A program made the translations under genes and the position numbers. From the human T2T-CHM13v2.0 reference genome, Homo sapiens, in NCBI RefSeq assembly GCF_009914755.1, contig NC_060929.1: DNA of 64,000 nucleotides; one strand, given 5' to 3'. Below the pieces are notes generated by a model, which made no database searches, was not told where the DNA came from, and saw nothing but the letters and a program-made list of their open reading frames with translations. This document shows positions 49,746-64,000 of this stretch, piece after piece; the first letter of the stretch is position 1, and each line of letters starts with the position of its first letter.

Positions 49746-50322
49746 CCATTTCTCCTTTGAGCATGAAAGAGTAGATCACCTGGCCCTAGGCAGAACACAT
49801 TTCTTAAGTGAGAACAATTTCAACTTTCTTTTCTCCTTCAAGGTCTTCACAGCAACGTTGCCCTTAATATTTTAAGTAATACTGAGTACCTTTTTAAAAA
49901 GCTCACTAATTTGTTCTATGTCATTTGGTGAATTTGGCTTTTAAGGAAATTGGGGACTCTGAACCAAATTTAAACAGAATAACAATTCTTTGGACATGGT
50001 GAGATCAAATGGACATTTGCAGATACTTTAAAAGAAATATATTTTTTAAAAACTATCTCAACATGCTCCTTTCCTTAGCAATCTGTATTGTTTTAATGAC
50101 AAAGACCAAGTGACTTCTAAATAACTTTATTGTGAGGTATCAGTTGTTTCTTTCATCCCCCCTTGACCAAAAGCTATGCCAACCTTGTTAAAATAAGATA
50201 CAGTGTTGACTTAATTATCTGGGTAATTAAGCTTTTCTTAAAATGAACTTCTTGGTCATAATATCCCTTTCCTGGAAGCCCTCCTTTTAATCATCCTACA
50301 TCTGTTGAGTTTTTAAAATTCA

Positions 50323-50619
<297 letters not shown>

Positions 50620-51000
50620 TCAATATACGACAGCTAAGATTAAATTTAGACCTAGTCTGGGAATCAGAAAAGCTAGAACTTATTCCTAAATTTATAAAGG
50701 CCAGGTGGGTATGGGCTTGAACCTTAGCTCTGCCATTTACTACCCGTGTCATCTTGAACAAGTACCTTAACAAGCGTAGGCCTCTCATTGTTTCCTCATA
50801 TATATCATATGCTGAGATACAGGCACATACTAGGTGCTCAATCAATGTACGTGATTAATACTTTTGATTCTCAATCTGTAAAAATTGAGATAAAATAATT
50901 CTAGATATACAATGATTGTAAAGTATTTTATATACCTATAGGGCTCTATAATATAAACGTTTCTTCAGTTTCTGCAAAAGGAGATGTGTTCCCATTTTCT

Positions 51001-51261
<261 letters not shown>

Positions 51262-51837
51262 GGTGTTCCCATTTTCTATGGTGCCTATGTTTAATATTAA
51301 AAGCAGATCATTTTATTCCATAGAGCTTTTTTTAGTACAAAATTCAAACGCTCCCCCCACCACCTCAAATTACTGCCACTACCAAAATTGAAAAAATGTG
51401 ATAATAGGTTTTGCTAGTTTTGTTAGAGGAAATAGTCCATAAGATTTGGTTTCCTCCCTGACTGAGCTATAAAATGACTAAGAAATCTATATACAACAGG
51501 TAATGTTCATGGAGAATATCAGAAGTTTCTGGAGAGACTGTTACAGGCTCTTTCCTAGCCCCTCCACACACACTGGCTCTGGGGTCATTAACAGGTAATT
51601 CCTTTACATGGTCACGTATGTGCAGCTTATTTAACTTTCAGTGGAATCTTATACATAGCTGGATTTCCATTTCAAAAGATCTGTACATGTTTTTAAAAGA
51701 AACCATAAACTGTGATATTTATCATCATAAAACACCTCATCTAAGAAACATTTAACATAATTTTGCTATTGTTTTGTTCTTGACAAGCCAGGAACTTAAA
51801 AGCTCATGAGAGGTTTTATTTTTTAATTTTGCATTTC

Positions 51838-52326
51838 TTTTTTTTTTTTTTTTTAGACGGAGTCTTGCTCTGTCGCCCAGGCTGGAGGGTGCAGTGGTAC
51901 AGTCTTGGCTTACTGCAACCCCTGCCTCCTGGGGTTCAATGCAATTCTCCCACCTCAGCCTCCTGAGTAGCTAGGATTACAGGCATGCAATACCATGCCT
52001 GGCTAATTTTTTGTTTGTTTGTATTTTTTAGTAGAGATAGAATTTCATCATGTTGGCCAGGCTGGTCTCGAACTCCTGACCTCAAGTGATCCATCCACCT
52101 CACCTCCCAAAGTGCCGGGATTACAGGTGTGAGCTATAGCACCTGGCCTTTTTTTTTTTTTAATAGAGACGAGGTTTCACTATGTTGCCCAGGCTGGTTT
52201 TGAACTCCTGAGCTCAAGCGATCCTCCCACCTTAGCCTAAGCAATCCTCTAGCCTAAGCCTCCCAAAGTGCTAGGATTGATCTCCCCAAGTGCTACGATC
52301 ATAGGCATGAGCCACCTTGCCCAGCC
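51838..52326 (-). mobile_element. AluS (51838-52148) nested in the tail of a FLAM/AluJ left monomer (52149-52326)
   Basis: Three Alu monomers in tandem, flanked by tttgcatttctt. Confidence 0.85.
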
Positions 52327-54509
52327 TAACTTTGCATTTCTTAATCATCTCAAAAGCACGTGAACCTGAGGCTGCATTGGCCTTTGTACTCCCGTGCTAC
52401 CTCTCCATCTTAGGATTTGTAAATCGCTGACAAATAAGCCATCATTCACTCCCAGCAAGGTGTAATACACCTGCCCACTCAGCAGCAGTACCTACATGTG
52501 TCCATCTGTCTAGAACTCCATATAAACTCAAGGGCTGCATATTTTCAGCTAACGTAGACCCACTTTTGCAAACTGGTTCATTTCTCCTCCTCTTTACTGT
52601 GCTTCAGAAGAATTGGGGTAAAGTGTTCTTCTATTCATCACCCACACATACCAGGTCACTCTTCAGCTCCCACTGTAATTCTTTCCCTCCAGTTTAATGC
52701 TGAAAAGAGTAAGTCAGTCTCACTCTCTCTCACCCTGCAGCATTTTGCAAAAACAATTATCATCTGACACCAGAAGGCAAAGCAAGGTTTGGAAAACCTA
52801 TCAATTTCTTCTCCCCATTTCTCCACCCTTAACTCTGTGATAAAATATCTCCGCCCTCCAGGCAGCCTATAACCTCATACTCTGGTGTTTTTGGGAAAAG
52901 GACCTCAAATGACACTTGTTGATAACATTTTGCTTCTCTGCAAAAACACAACTCCATTAAGTACTTTGCTTACATCAGCCATGATAATCAGGTTAGCAAT
53001 GTTTTAAGGATGAGTTAGAATTATTAGACCTGCGAGGATAAACCATCTGGATAGTTGTCTCTTATGTTTAACCTCCCTTTTGTGACTTCAGGAGATTCTT
53101 TTTCTTATACTAAAATCAAACCTAGTTATGTCAGCCTTTCATTAAATCAAGGCAAAAGGGAGGCAATATTGTGGTATGCGTCAGGTGGTTTAATGATGAC
53201 ACAGACTACTCTTATTTCCACTAGTTATCTCGATATGATTCTTACATGCACACAAACACACACCAGTTCAGATGAGCAGCCTGGGCTTTCTGACAACCTT
53301 TGGGGCAGCTCCAAGAAGGTAAGCCTTAAAATAGGAAAGGCTCGAGTGAATATACAGCATTTGACTCATCTAAAATGGGCAATGTAGTAAATTCGTGTCT
53401 AAAAGCTTTTCTACGGATTGTAGGAAGTGTTCAAAGTCACCAGTTACTATAGAAAGAAGGGAAGGTGGGCGGGTACAGGGTGGAGCAGGGAAGAAGCCCT
53501 TGGGGTACCCTTGTGAGGCACTGGCAGGGCACAGTGGCAACGGAAGAGACAAGATTTTATCAAAGGACATTGGCTGGCGCGGTAAACAAAGGTCTCTAGA
53601 GAATATGCCATATTGTGAACACCTATCACCAACAAAATTCAAAGTAAAAAGTAGCTTACAATGTGGGCTACATATTAGAGAGCTTACAGAGTTGCAATTA
53701 TTCAAAAGTTTTGAGCACAGAAAGACAAATCCAAACAGATATTCGTCAAACGAAGGAGTCACACAAATCTCCGATTTGTAACTGCCTCCTGAAAGCTGTT
53801 TTACTTTTACAATGAGTACTGCATCAAAATAGGTGCATATTCTAGATAAATATCCGTTTAAGTCTCTTGACTTAAAAGGAAAGAAGAAAGACAGTACCAC
53901 AATACAGGAGTGCCGCTCGTCACACGCTCTGGCCACTTGGGACACCTGCCCATCAGGGTGGCATGTCACTGCCTCCCCATCACCAAATCCTCTCCCCGGC
54001 CTTAGAACGCAGCTGCATCCCGCTGGTGGCCCTGCCAAAACGGTCCCCACATGCAAAGTGCAGGGTGCCAATGCCCCATCGCTGGAGAGCTTGCAGCGCT
54101 AGATTTTCAATGACGCCACATGGAGAAAACGTGAAAAGAAACAAGGACGAGAAGGCGACCCCAAACAAAAATGTGCTCCCCTTCTTTAGTGGTCCATGAA
54201 AAAAAAAAAAGAAAGAAAGAAAGAAAGAAAAAAAAAGAAAAGGAAAAGGAAAAAAAAGAAATCCCAAACTAGAAATAAATGGTCAAGACCGGCTTATCAG
54301 GACACATTCGGGATACCCCTAATCCTTACCTGGACTACGAAACAAATGTTTAAAAATGGAAGTACCTGGGAAATCAACTTGGACGCATTATAAAACAGAA
54401 TCTCCCCACCGTCACCATTACCACCAGCCATGGGTAAATAAAAACCCAGCACTTAAGCTACTAGAAACTACATTTTAATTAGAGCTGAGGTTTACATAAT
54501 CGCAAATTA

Positions 54510-55206
<697 letters not shown>

Positions 55207-55246
55207 TATAAGCGCTCTGGGGCCCGGAAATAAATAACCGCGCGCA

Positions 55247-55252
<6 letters not shown>

Positions 55253-55279
<27 letters not shown>
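55253..55279. repeat. (GCC)9 trinucleotide tract, inverted relative to 55158-55179
   Basis: Direct reading. Confidence 0.95.
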
Positions 55280-56328
55280 CGGAGGAAATCAGGGGCGGGC
55301 GCGGAGGCGCGGACACCGCCAGCGGCCCCGGGGGCGGGCTGGGGAGGGGGCCGGGCCGGGCGCGCCGCGGCCTCCTTTCCTGTGCCGTCGCCTGCGCTTG
55401 GCGCGGCCGCGGGGGGCGCTGCGCACGCTCGGGCCGTGGGGCTGGCGCCTCCGGGGCGCTGGGCGGGACTCGCCGCGGAGCCTCGGCCGGCCCGGGGGCG
55501 GCGGCGCTGAGGGCGCGGCGGGGACGGTCTGGGGGCTTGGGGACGCCGGTGGGGGGTGAGGGCGGTGGGCCGCCTGGAGACCCCGGGGTGCCCTGGCTCG
55601 CCGGCCGGGCCCTGTAGCCCTCGTCCCGTGGGGCCGGGGGCCGGGGTTCCCGCGCTGTGCCGGGAGGGCCCGGCCGTCTGGAAGACTTGGCAGCCGGGGC
55701 AAGCGACGTGGGCTCGGACGCGCGAGGAGGGCTGGGGAGCGGGGCGCGGGGCTGGGAAGGGCGCCGTCCGGCGGTGGCCGGGCTGGCGGCGGGCGGGGAC
55801 TGCGGAGGAGGCAGCTTGCGCCGGGGCTGGGGCCTGCTTCGGGGGACTAGCGGCCCGGGAGGTATGGAGGTGCCGCTCCGGGGGGGCGAAAGAAACGTGG
55901 AAAGGTCGCCCAGGAGGGAGCCTGTCCCCCAGGGTTTCCAGGGGCAACGGTGGCCCGTGTCCCTGGAGGACATGCGCCAGGGCAGCAGGGAGTGGTCCCC
56001 GCAGGCTCCCAGGCTGGGGCCGGCTGCCTTCTGGGGCGCTCAGACCTGTCTGCTGCAGTTTGCAAACAGTACGCCCGAATTCTTTTCATTGTAAAAAATT
56101 TCTATTAAAAATAACTCGTAAAGCCTATCATCTCTTTTAAATAAAGGGGAAGAAAGAGGAAAGTGTGTTCTGTTTTGTAATACCGGGCCCCAGTGATTTC
56201 AGGGTAACTAGTCGCGGTGCTGAGAGTTTGACCTAAAGCTCGGCAGTGTGACAGCAACGCCAGCATCCCCGCACCCCAGGACTGTGACGCGAGGGAGGAG
56301 GACCCAGTGAATGAAAAGGGACTCTGGG

Positions 56329-56479
56329 CAGGGCTGGCTTCACGGGCGTGCGATCTGTGAAGTCACAGAGGGCCCGCACTTAAAAGGACTAACGCGCTGC
56401 TGTTGCACTCTTGAATTTGAACAAGGGTCTCTGCATTTTCATTTTGTAGTGGGCCTGGCATAGTATGTAGCCTATCGTG
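56329..56479. mobile_element. MER53-like hAT DNA transposon relic
   Basis: cagggctggcttcacgggcgtgcga ... tttgaacaagggtctctgcattttcattttg ... tatgtagcc. Confidence 0.7.
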
Positions 56480-56702
56480 GTCTTACTATTTTATACCAAC
56501 TCTCACACACATCTCTGCATTTAATAAATATAACGAAGTAAAGTAATTTATTATTAAAAGTAAGAAACTATCTTGTACCTAGAATGAACGGATTAACTCA
56601 CAATTTAGCTTTGTAAAGCTTTTGTAAATAGTGAGCTTGAGACCTCAATATCCTGGGTTCAGGTATTTCCCAACTACTTTGAAAGTGTTAAATGTTTCCA
56701 TA

Positions 56703-56866
56703 GGCCGGGCGTGAGCGGTGGGCGCCGGTAGCCCCAGCTACTCAAGAGGCTAAGGCAGGAGAATGGTTTGAACCCGGAAGACGGAGGTTGCAGCGTCACC
56801 CATGGCACTCCAGCCTGGGTGACAGAGTGAGACTCCCTCTCAAAAAATAATAAATAAATAAATAAA
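56703..56866 (+). mobile_element. Alu right monomer
   Basis: TSD aaat(g/a)tttccata. Confidence 0.85.
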
Positions 56867-57304
56867 TATTTCCATATTTTGCATCCTTTTTAAAATACTT
56901 TTTTGAAATTCCACACAATTTGAGCAGGCTTTGAAAAATAGGAAGCTAATTTACCTTGTAGCTCTGATGTAACCTCAAATTACATTCCCTATGATTAAAA
57001 TTAAACTTGGTAAGTATTTATTGTTAAATGTGTCAAATAGCAATACTGTATTTAAAAGATTTCCCAGCAAAACAGGAGGTTCATGTGGACAGGACTGTCT
57101 TCAGGAGCAAGTTCCTGAAAGGTGTGTTTTAATATATTTGAATCTAACTTAAATATACAAAAAGGGAGCTTGTTATTTAAAGGAATTCTCTGGGAAAGAG
57201 GTTTTTTTTTTCCTAAAACAAATATCACCTCATGGTTTATCATTCTGTTATTCTAGGTTTCATGGGCTCATTTTACTTAGAGCAATCTAATTACACTGAC
57301 CTTT

Positions 57305-57480
57305 GTCTAGAATGTGGGATTGATGAGGTCCTAGATCGATCTCCATCAAGTCCAGTTTGCTTTCATTGGTCTCTGGACAAGGACCGCCACAGCCCCCGCT
57401 GCCTGATGTGAATGCACACCTTTGGTCTTTAGGGGAATGATGAGAAAATTCCAGTGGATCAATGAAAGGTCATCATCCTT
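57305..57480 (+). mobile_element. Possible MamSINE1-like ancient SINE
   Basis: Diverged resemblance to the recalled consensus (gatcgatctcc..ccagtttgctttc..tttggtc..aggggaa..tggatcaatg). Confidence 0.4.
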
Positions 57481-57683
57481 GTTTGAGTGTTCTAAAAGTG
57501 CATTTTTTAAATGAGTGATTTGGAAGTGTCATCTCTGATTATGGCAAAGAGCCCTTTTTAGATTTTAAAGGCCTATGAATTTCAGTAACACTGTGGCAAC
57601 ATGGAAACTAATGAGACATTTCATTATTTTTTCTGTCACAGTCAAAATCTGAAACAGATTTCAAAGAGATTTTTGGGCTCCTC

Positions 57684-58170
57684 TTTATTTTTTATTTTTT
57701 TGTTTTTTTAATATTACAATAGACTTTTATTTAAAGTGAAACATTGGCAGACCAAATAATTCTTAAATTATATGTTTCAGGTTTAACCATTTTCATAAAA
57801 ATACTTGGAGGACAGCTACATCCACGGACTTCAAATATGTGATGACTTCTTTGACCATTCTCATTCTTCTCTTTCCCAAATAAGCGCTTTCAGATATGGC
57901 TCATGGTAGAATTTATCCTCTTCATGTTTGGTCCGCTGCTGTTAAGGCAAGATCTGCTGTCTCATAGGTCCAGTGTTCTAATGCGAAACATCCTGCCGTT
58001 AGAAAGCCGTCTTATGGCTTCCTTTACATCTTCATCTTCATATATTGTCTCATCTCACATTTACTTTAGTTTCTCGAATCCTGCAGCATTGTCATACCAT
58101 TTTCAAATACCATCCAGCTACCTGTCTGATGCTGCGGTAGCCAGCCTGCCAGCCATCTTGACCCAAACGT
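57684..58170 (-). pseudogene. Processed pseudogene of UQCRB (complex III subunit 7); probably the copy catalogued as UQCRBP3
   Basis: From ATG 58156: [83 protein letters not shown]..EWSKK. Intronless, with multiple stops and a frameshift. AATAAA at 57731-57726 and a degenerate poly(A) at 57709-57684. Confidence 0.93.
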
Positions 58171-58195
58171 GAAATGTTGCCTTCTCCCTCTCTCT

Positions 58196-58547
<352 letters not shown>

Positions 58548-60108
58548 TGAAAAGATAACTTCAGAATGTAAGTGATGAGAATGAGTAGGGAATTTCTTTT
58601 TAATTACCCAGAAGCCAAAAAGATATCCCCAAGTCATTGGGTGTTTTCTTTTGGAAGGTACAGCTTTATCTTCTATTTATAAAGTCTTAGACTTGATGAC
58701 TTTTGGTCAAAAATCATTATAAGATTTACAAACTACACTCAATAGTGTAAGAAAAAAATACATGTAGAAAAAACATGCTGGAAGAAAATATGCTCAACTA
58801 TTCACAGTGGATAGTTATTGCTGAGTGGTATGAATATGGCTGATTATTCCTTCCTGTGTATACTTTTCTGTGTTTAATGCAATGGGCATATATAAGTTTA
58901 TTTTTTAAAAGTTTAAAAAAATTATAAAACTTTATTGGAAGTGCAAGGTAGCACTGAGTTCAGAGCATGGAAAAAGTTACTCTTTGCAAAACAATTTCGT
59001 AAATGACCAGCAATATCATTTTGGTGCCTAAAATTATTAACTCTAATTTTTTAAAGGAGCTAATGCAGAAAGAAAGACTAAAAGTTACATACATGTCTAA
59101 TTTACCTTTTTTTCTGAAATTGATCTTAAATGAATGGATTCAAGTAAACCCCCACCCCCCACCGACCCCTCACCAAGGAACATCTGCAGCAAAGGGCAAA
59201 ATAAAAGATCACGTTTAAGGTTATCCAGTTCTAGAACTCTGCAACTCAGACCTCCTTGACTTGAGGAACCCAATGATGTCAAGTTGGGATTGTAGCAGTG
59301 AACATGGTTTGGGAGCAGATGCCATATTGATTTGTGTAAGCTTGACCCAACAGGGTTATCTTCATTGATTCCATGCAATTATCCTATATCATGTATTTAG
59401 TATAGCCAACTTATTTAACAACTTTGATGGAAGGCTTAGTCCTAGAGATTGGTGTCTAGTTTTGAGTCACAAATCTCCAATATAGGGTAGACGAGGTGTA
59501 AATTTAAGCCTCACAGTTCTATATTTGGGCCACGAGTAATTATGCTCCATGGCTCGTTGGGAATGTGATAAGGGGAAGTCTACGATTTCAGCCTATTTAT
59601 TTGTGTTCATGTAAACATCATCCTATTGATAAAGTCATGATTTCTGCCCAGTTGCCAGATTCCAAGAGAGCAAAAAGAGAAGTTACTTGCTTCGTCCCGG
59701 TTGTTAAGTTTTACTTTTGCTATTCCAGCCCAAAGCCTAGGTGTAATTTGCCTGGGCTAATTATTAGTCAGTTTCTGTACTCTCAGCACATGCCAGAAGT
59801 GGAGTTAGGAGGTGAGGGGAATGGGTAAATGATCCTGAAACTGTCATTTGCTGTAGATAAGCTAGAATTAGCTAGCTAAATTCTGCCAAGAGTTATAGTT
59901 ATCACTTTTAATGACTTCCTTAATAATATTTTTAAAGGGACCACACAGATGCTTCAAAATGTGTGCTGTAAAAAGGAATGGGGAAGAATTCTATATACTG
60001 ATATGGAATAATCTGTAGAATATTTTGTTAAGTGAGAAAAGCAAGGTGCCAAATCATAAAATGGTATTATGCTATTTTGGGGGCAAAAAGGGAGAGAAAT
60101 ATGAATAT

Positions 60109-60110
<2 letters not shown>

Positions 60111-60141
<31 letters not shown>
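60111..60141. repeat. (GT)n microsatellite within a probable old L1M fragment
   Basis: Direct reading. Confidence 0.93.
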
Positions 60142-60144
<3 letters not shown>

Positions 60145-61100
60145 TTGGTTATATTTGTGAAAAGACACACTAGTAGGATAAGCCAAAAATTAATTAAACG
60201 TTTATGAGAGAAGGAAGAGAACAGGTTGGAGTTGGGATGGAAGAATGATTTCTCTGAATGTACCTTAGAATCTAATTTTGGCTTTGGAAACATTCATGTT
60301 TTACATGTTGAAAAAATAAAATTAAATCAAAAGAAAAATTGACAGCAGATACATTTCACACAAGTGTTTTTCTTACTTAGTACCCTTTTATTCTGAGGAA
60401 AGAATTTGAGGCAGCTTAAATCAGAGCACAGATATATACTGTATGCACTTTGATAAATTTTGATTTTTCTATAACTGCTAGAGAATAAAACCATTTGGAG
60501 AGACTCTTGCCAGGGCAACTGTGTAATCTGGTGGCACTGTGTATTGGTAACTACTAACTCACTCCTTCCTCTGAAAAGTGACCTAAAAAACAAGAGTAAG
60601 TTTTGGGATAGATTCTGCTTCTGCCCCTCAGAAATGACACCACCACGAGCTGACTTTCAGGATTCTTGAAGTAATGTAGTTTATACAGGTAAGCATTTGA
60701 TGATTTGCTGCTTATATTTGGCTCATAATGATGCAACATAAAAGGTGAGCATATATGTAATTCATCCTGGCTCTGCAAACCGCAGGTCTGGCAAGGCTTA
60801 ATGAGGAGAGTGGAATGAAGAGCTGCAACTAAGACTAAACTAAAACTACTTTTTGTTCTCCTTTTTCCCTCTTTCTTCAACTTCTGATTGTTTTGTTTAA
60901 ATGACCAGAATAAGATAGAATGCCTGTAATTAAAAATATTTAATAAAGCTTACGTTATTATCCTTGCCACCTATTCAAAATCTTCTAAAAATTTTTTCCA
61001 CCATCTAAAGGAGATACTACTTAATTATATAAAAGGTAGGTAATAAAATACATTTCTCTTTTTCTAATCAGGCAGTGAGGCATAAACTGTTGGGACATGC

Positions 61101-61382
61101 TGCTCGGGGCCCCTGCTGTCTGGGACTAAAGCATTGGCATTGTGGTCTGTACGGAGAAACTTCATATTCTTGCTTCCTTTTCCAGTCACTGCCCCAGCAT
61201 TCTGCTCTGAAGCAGAATGCCTAATTCAACCATCTCATCAGTGTTTCTAGATCTTTAAATGCTTTTTCCTCTTTCATGTCTTCTGCAGGATGTTTACCAG
61301 AGTCACTGTTGATTTCGATGTTAGGGAAGGTTTCCTCTGGCTGTTCAGTTTCCATTTTCTTGTATCAAATGGACACACCAAT
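61101..61382 (-). pseudogene. HNRNPK retrocopy fragment (codons 1-86, most of KH1); probably the copy catalogued as HNRNPKP5
   Basis: From ATG 61355: [83 protein letters not shown], matching the hnRNP K N-terminus with two 1-nt deletions. Preceded by 27 nt of HNRNPK-like 5' UTR. Confidence 0.93.
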
Positions 61383-61431
61383 CCGTTGAAAAACAAAGAA
61401 GCTGGTACATTTGGCTTATTGGAAAGCAAGC

Positions 61432-61462
<31 letters not shown>

Positions 61463-61697
61463 GACTCTGACTCTCTTTTTAAATTTATTAAAGCTCTTTT
61501 GAAATTTGTTAAAGCTCTTTTGGAATATCATTTCTTCCATAAAGATTTCCTGGGTAATTCTAGCTCACTTTGGTCACTTCTCTTCCATTTAATATTTTGG
61601 CAGTCAGAGTCAGGGCTGTATTCGTTTCTATTTCGAGTGTATAAGTCTGATATCTACCACAGAATATTACATTTCCTGAGGTTGAAACTATTTAGAG

Positions 61698-62524
<827 letters not shown>

Positions 62525-62593
62525 ATTTAGAGTACTGTTACATCTCCTTTCACCCTCCTTCTCCTGTATCCCTAAGGCAGTAATAGACACTAA

Positions 62594-62924
<331 letters not shown>

Positions 62925-62965
62925 TAAGTTCAGGGGTAAAGCAAGGGTACTGGGGGACAAGACTA

Positions 62966-63163
<198 letters not shown>

Positions 63164-63491
63164 TTAAACAAAAAGATGAGGGAGGGATTGGAGTGTGCAT
63201 TGCCCATTTTATTTTATTTTTTCATCATAATTATTAGCTATTCCTGGATTGAGCATTTTCCATGTGCCAGGAATGTTGTTAGGCACCTCACATGCGCTGT
63301 GACGTGCAATCTTCAGAGCAACTCCCTGAGGGAGGGACTGTTCATTATCACCCGGTAATGAATCTGAGCAGAGGAGTTGAGCGGACCATGAAAGAGACTC
63401 AGGATCACAAAATAGCAAATCTGCAAGGAATTTTAGAGATGATTTAGTCCAAGGGTCTATCCTGTGCTTTAGTTTAAAAAGAGACAGAAAG

Positions 63492-63660
63492 GGCTGGGTG
63501 CCATGGCTCACACCTGTAATCCCAGCACTTCAGGAGGCCTAAGCAGGGGGATCCCTTGAGCCCAGGAGTTCGTGGTTACAGTGAGCTATGATTGCATCAC
63601 TGTACTGTAGCCTGAGCAAAAGAATGAGACTCTGTCTAAACAAAAAAAAAAAAAAAAAAA
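63492..63660 (+). mobile_element. AluJ with large internal deletion
   Basis: Left-arm start joined to right-arm end, followed by poly(A). Confidence 0.85.
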
Positions 63661-64000
63661 GGAGAGAGAGAGAAGAAAAGGCAAAACTTTCCTGGAAGGA
63701 CAGCAGCTATGTGGGTGGTTTCTCAAAAATGAGGAAACGGGATAGTTTGGGGCAGGGGTCTGTGCCACAGGCTTTGGAGAAGAGACAGTGGGGTCAGGGC
63801 TTCTCAAAGCTGGAGCAAAGTCACCGCTAGAGCAGTGATGGGGGCTGCCTTGATCATAATTGCGCAACTAGCCTCTCTAGGGCGCTGCATTATTTCCAAC
63901 CTACTTTTCATATCAAGTATAGTAGCTCCTCACAACTCATCTGTGAGAAGGTCTTTCAGTTGAATTCTTTTGGTAGAATCTAAGGAAAATCAGCTTAAAC

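Noticed and set aside
53370-54071. 233-aa minus-strand ORF in proximal intron 1
   Set aside because: No recognisable homology, atypical composition, and no supporting splice or poly(A) structure.
57903-58172. 89-aa plus-strand ORF
   Set aside because: It is the antisense frame of the UQCRB pseudogene.
61274-61540. 88-aa minus-strand ORF
   Set aside because: An off-frame reading across a tandem repeat, the T-run and the HNRNPK fragment.

Overview
Human (primate) genomic DNA containing the 5' end of ANKH on the minus strand: coding exon 1 (54887-54792, [32 protein letters not shown]) inside a CpG-island promoter. About 54.8 kb of intron 1 runs off the left edge, and about 9 kb of upstream DNA lies to the right. 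Intron 1 hosts the MIR4637 hairpin, about 30 Alus (including an AluYb8 and an AluYd-type copy), a 5'-truncated L1PA with a second L1 3' end in its tail, a HERV-W LTR17 paired with an inverted partial copy of itself, and older MER/MLT/MIR/L2 relics. Two retrocopies that the ORF track misses lie upstream of the gene: a decayed UQCRB processed pseudogene with ancestral-looking residues, and an HNRNPK fragment that appears only partly spliced. I see no evidence of a wholly new biological system. The most unusual signals are the semi-processed HNRNPK copy, the LTR17 inverted structure, and the ANKH 5' leader (three same-frame upstream ATGs and inverted CGG/GCC tracts). Gene, repeat-family and subfamily identifications come from recalled consensus sequences, not database searches.
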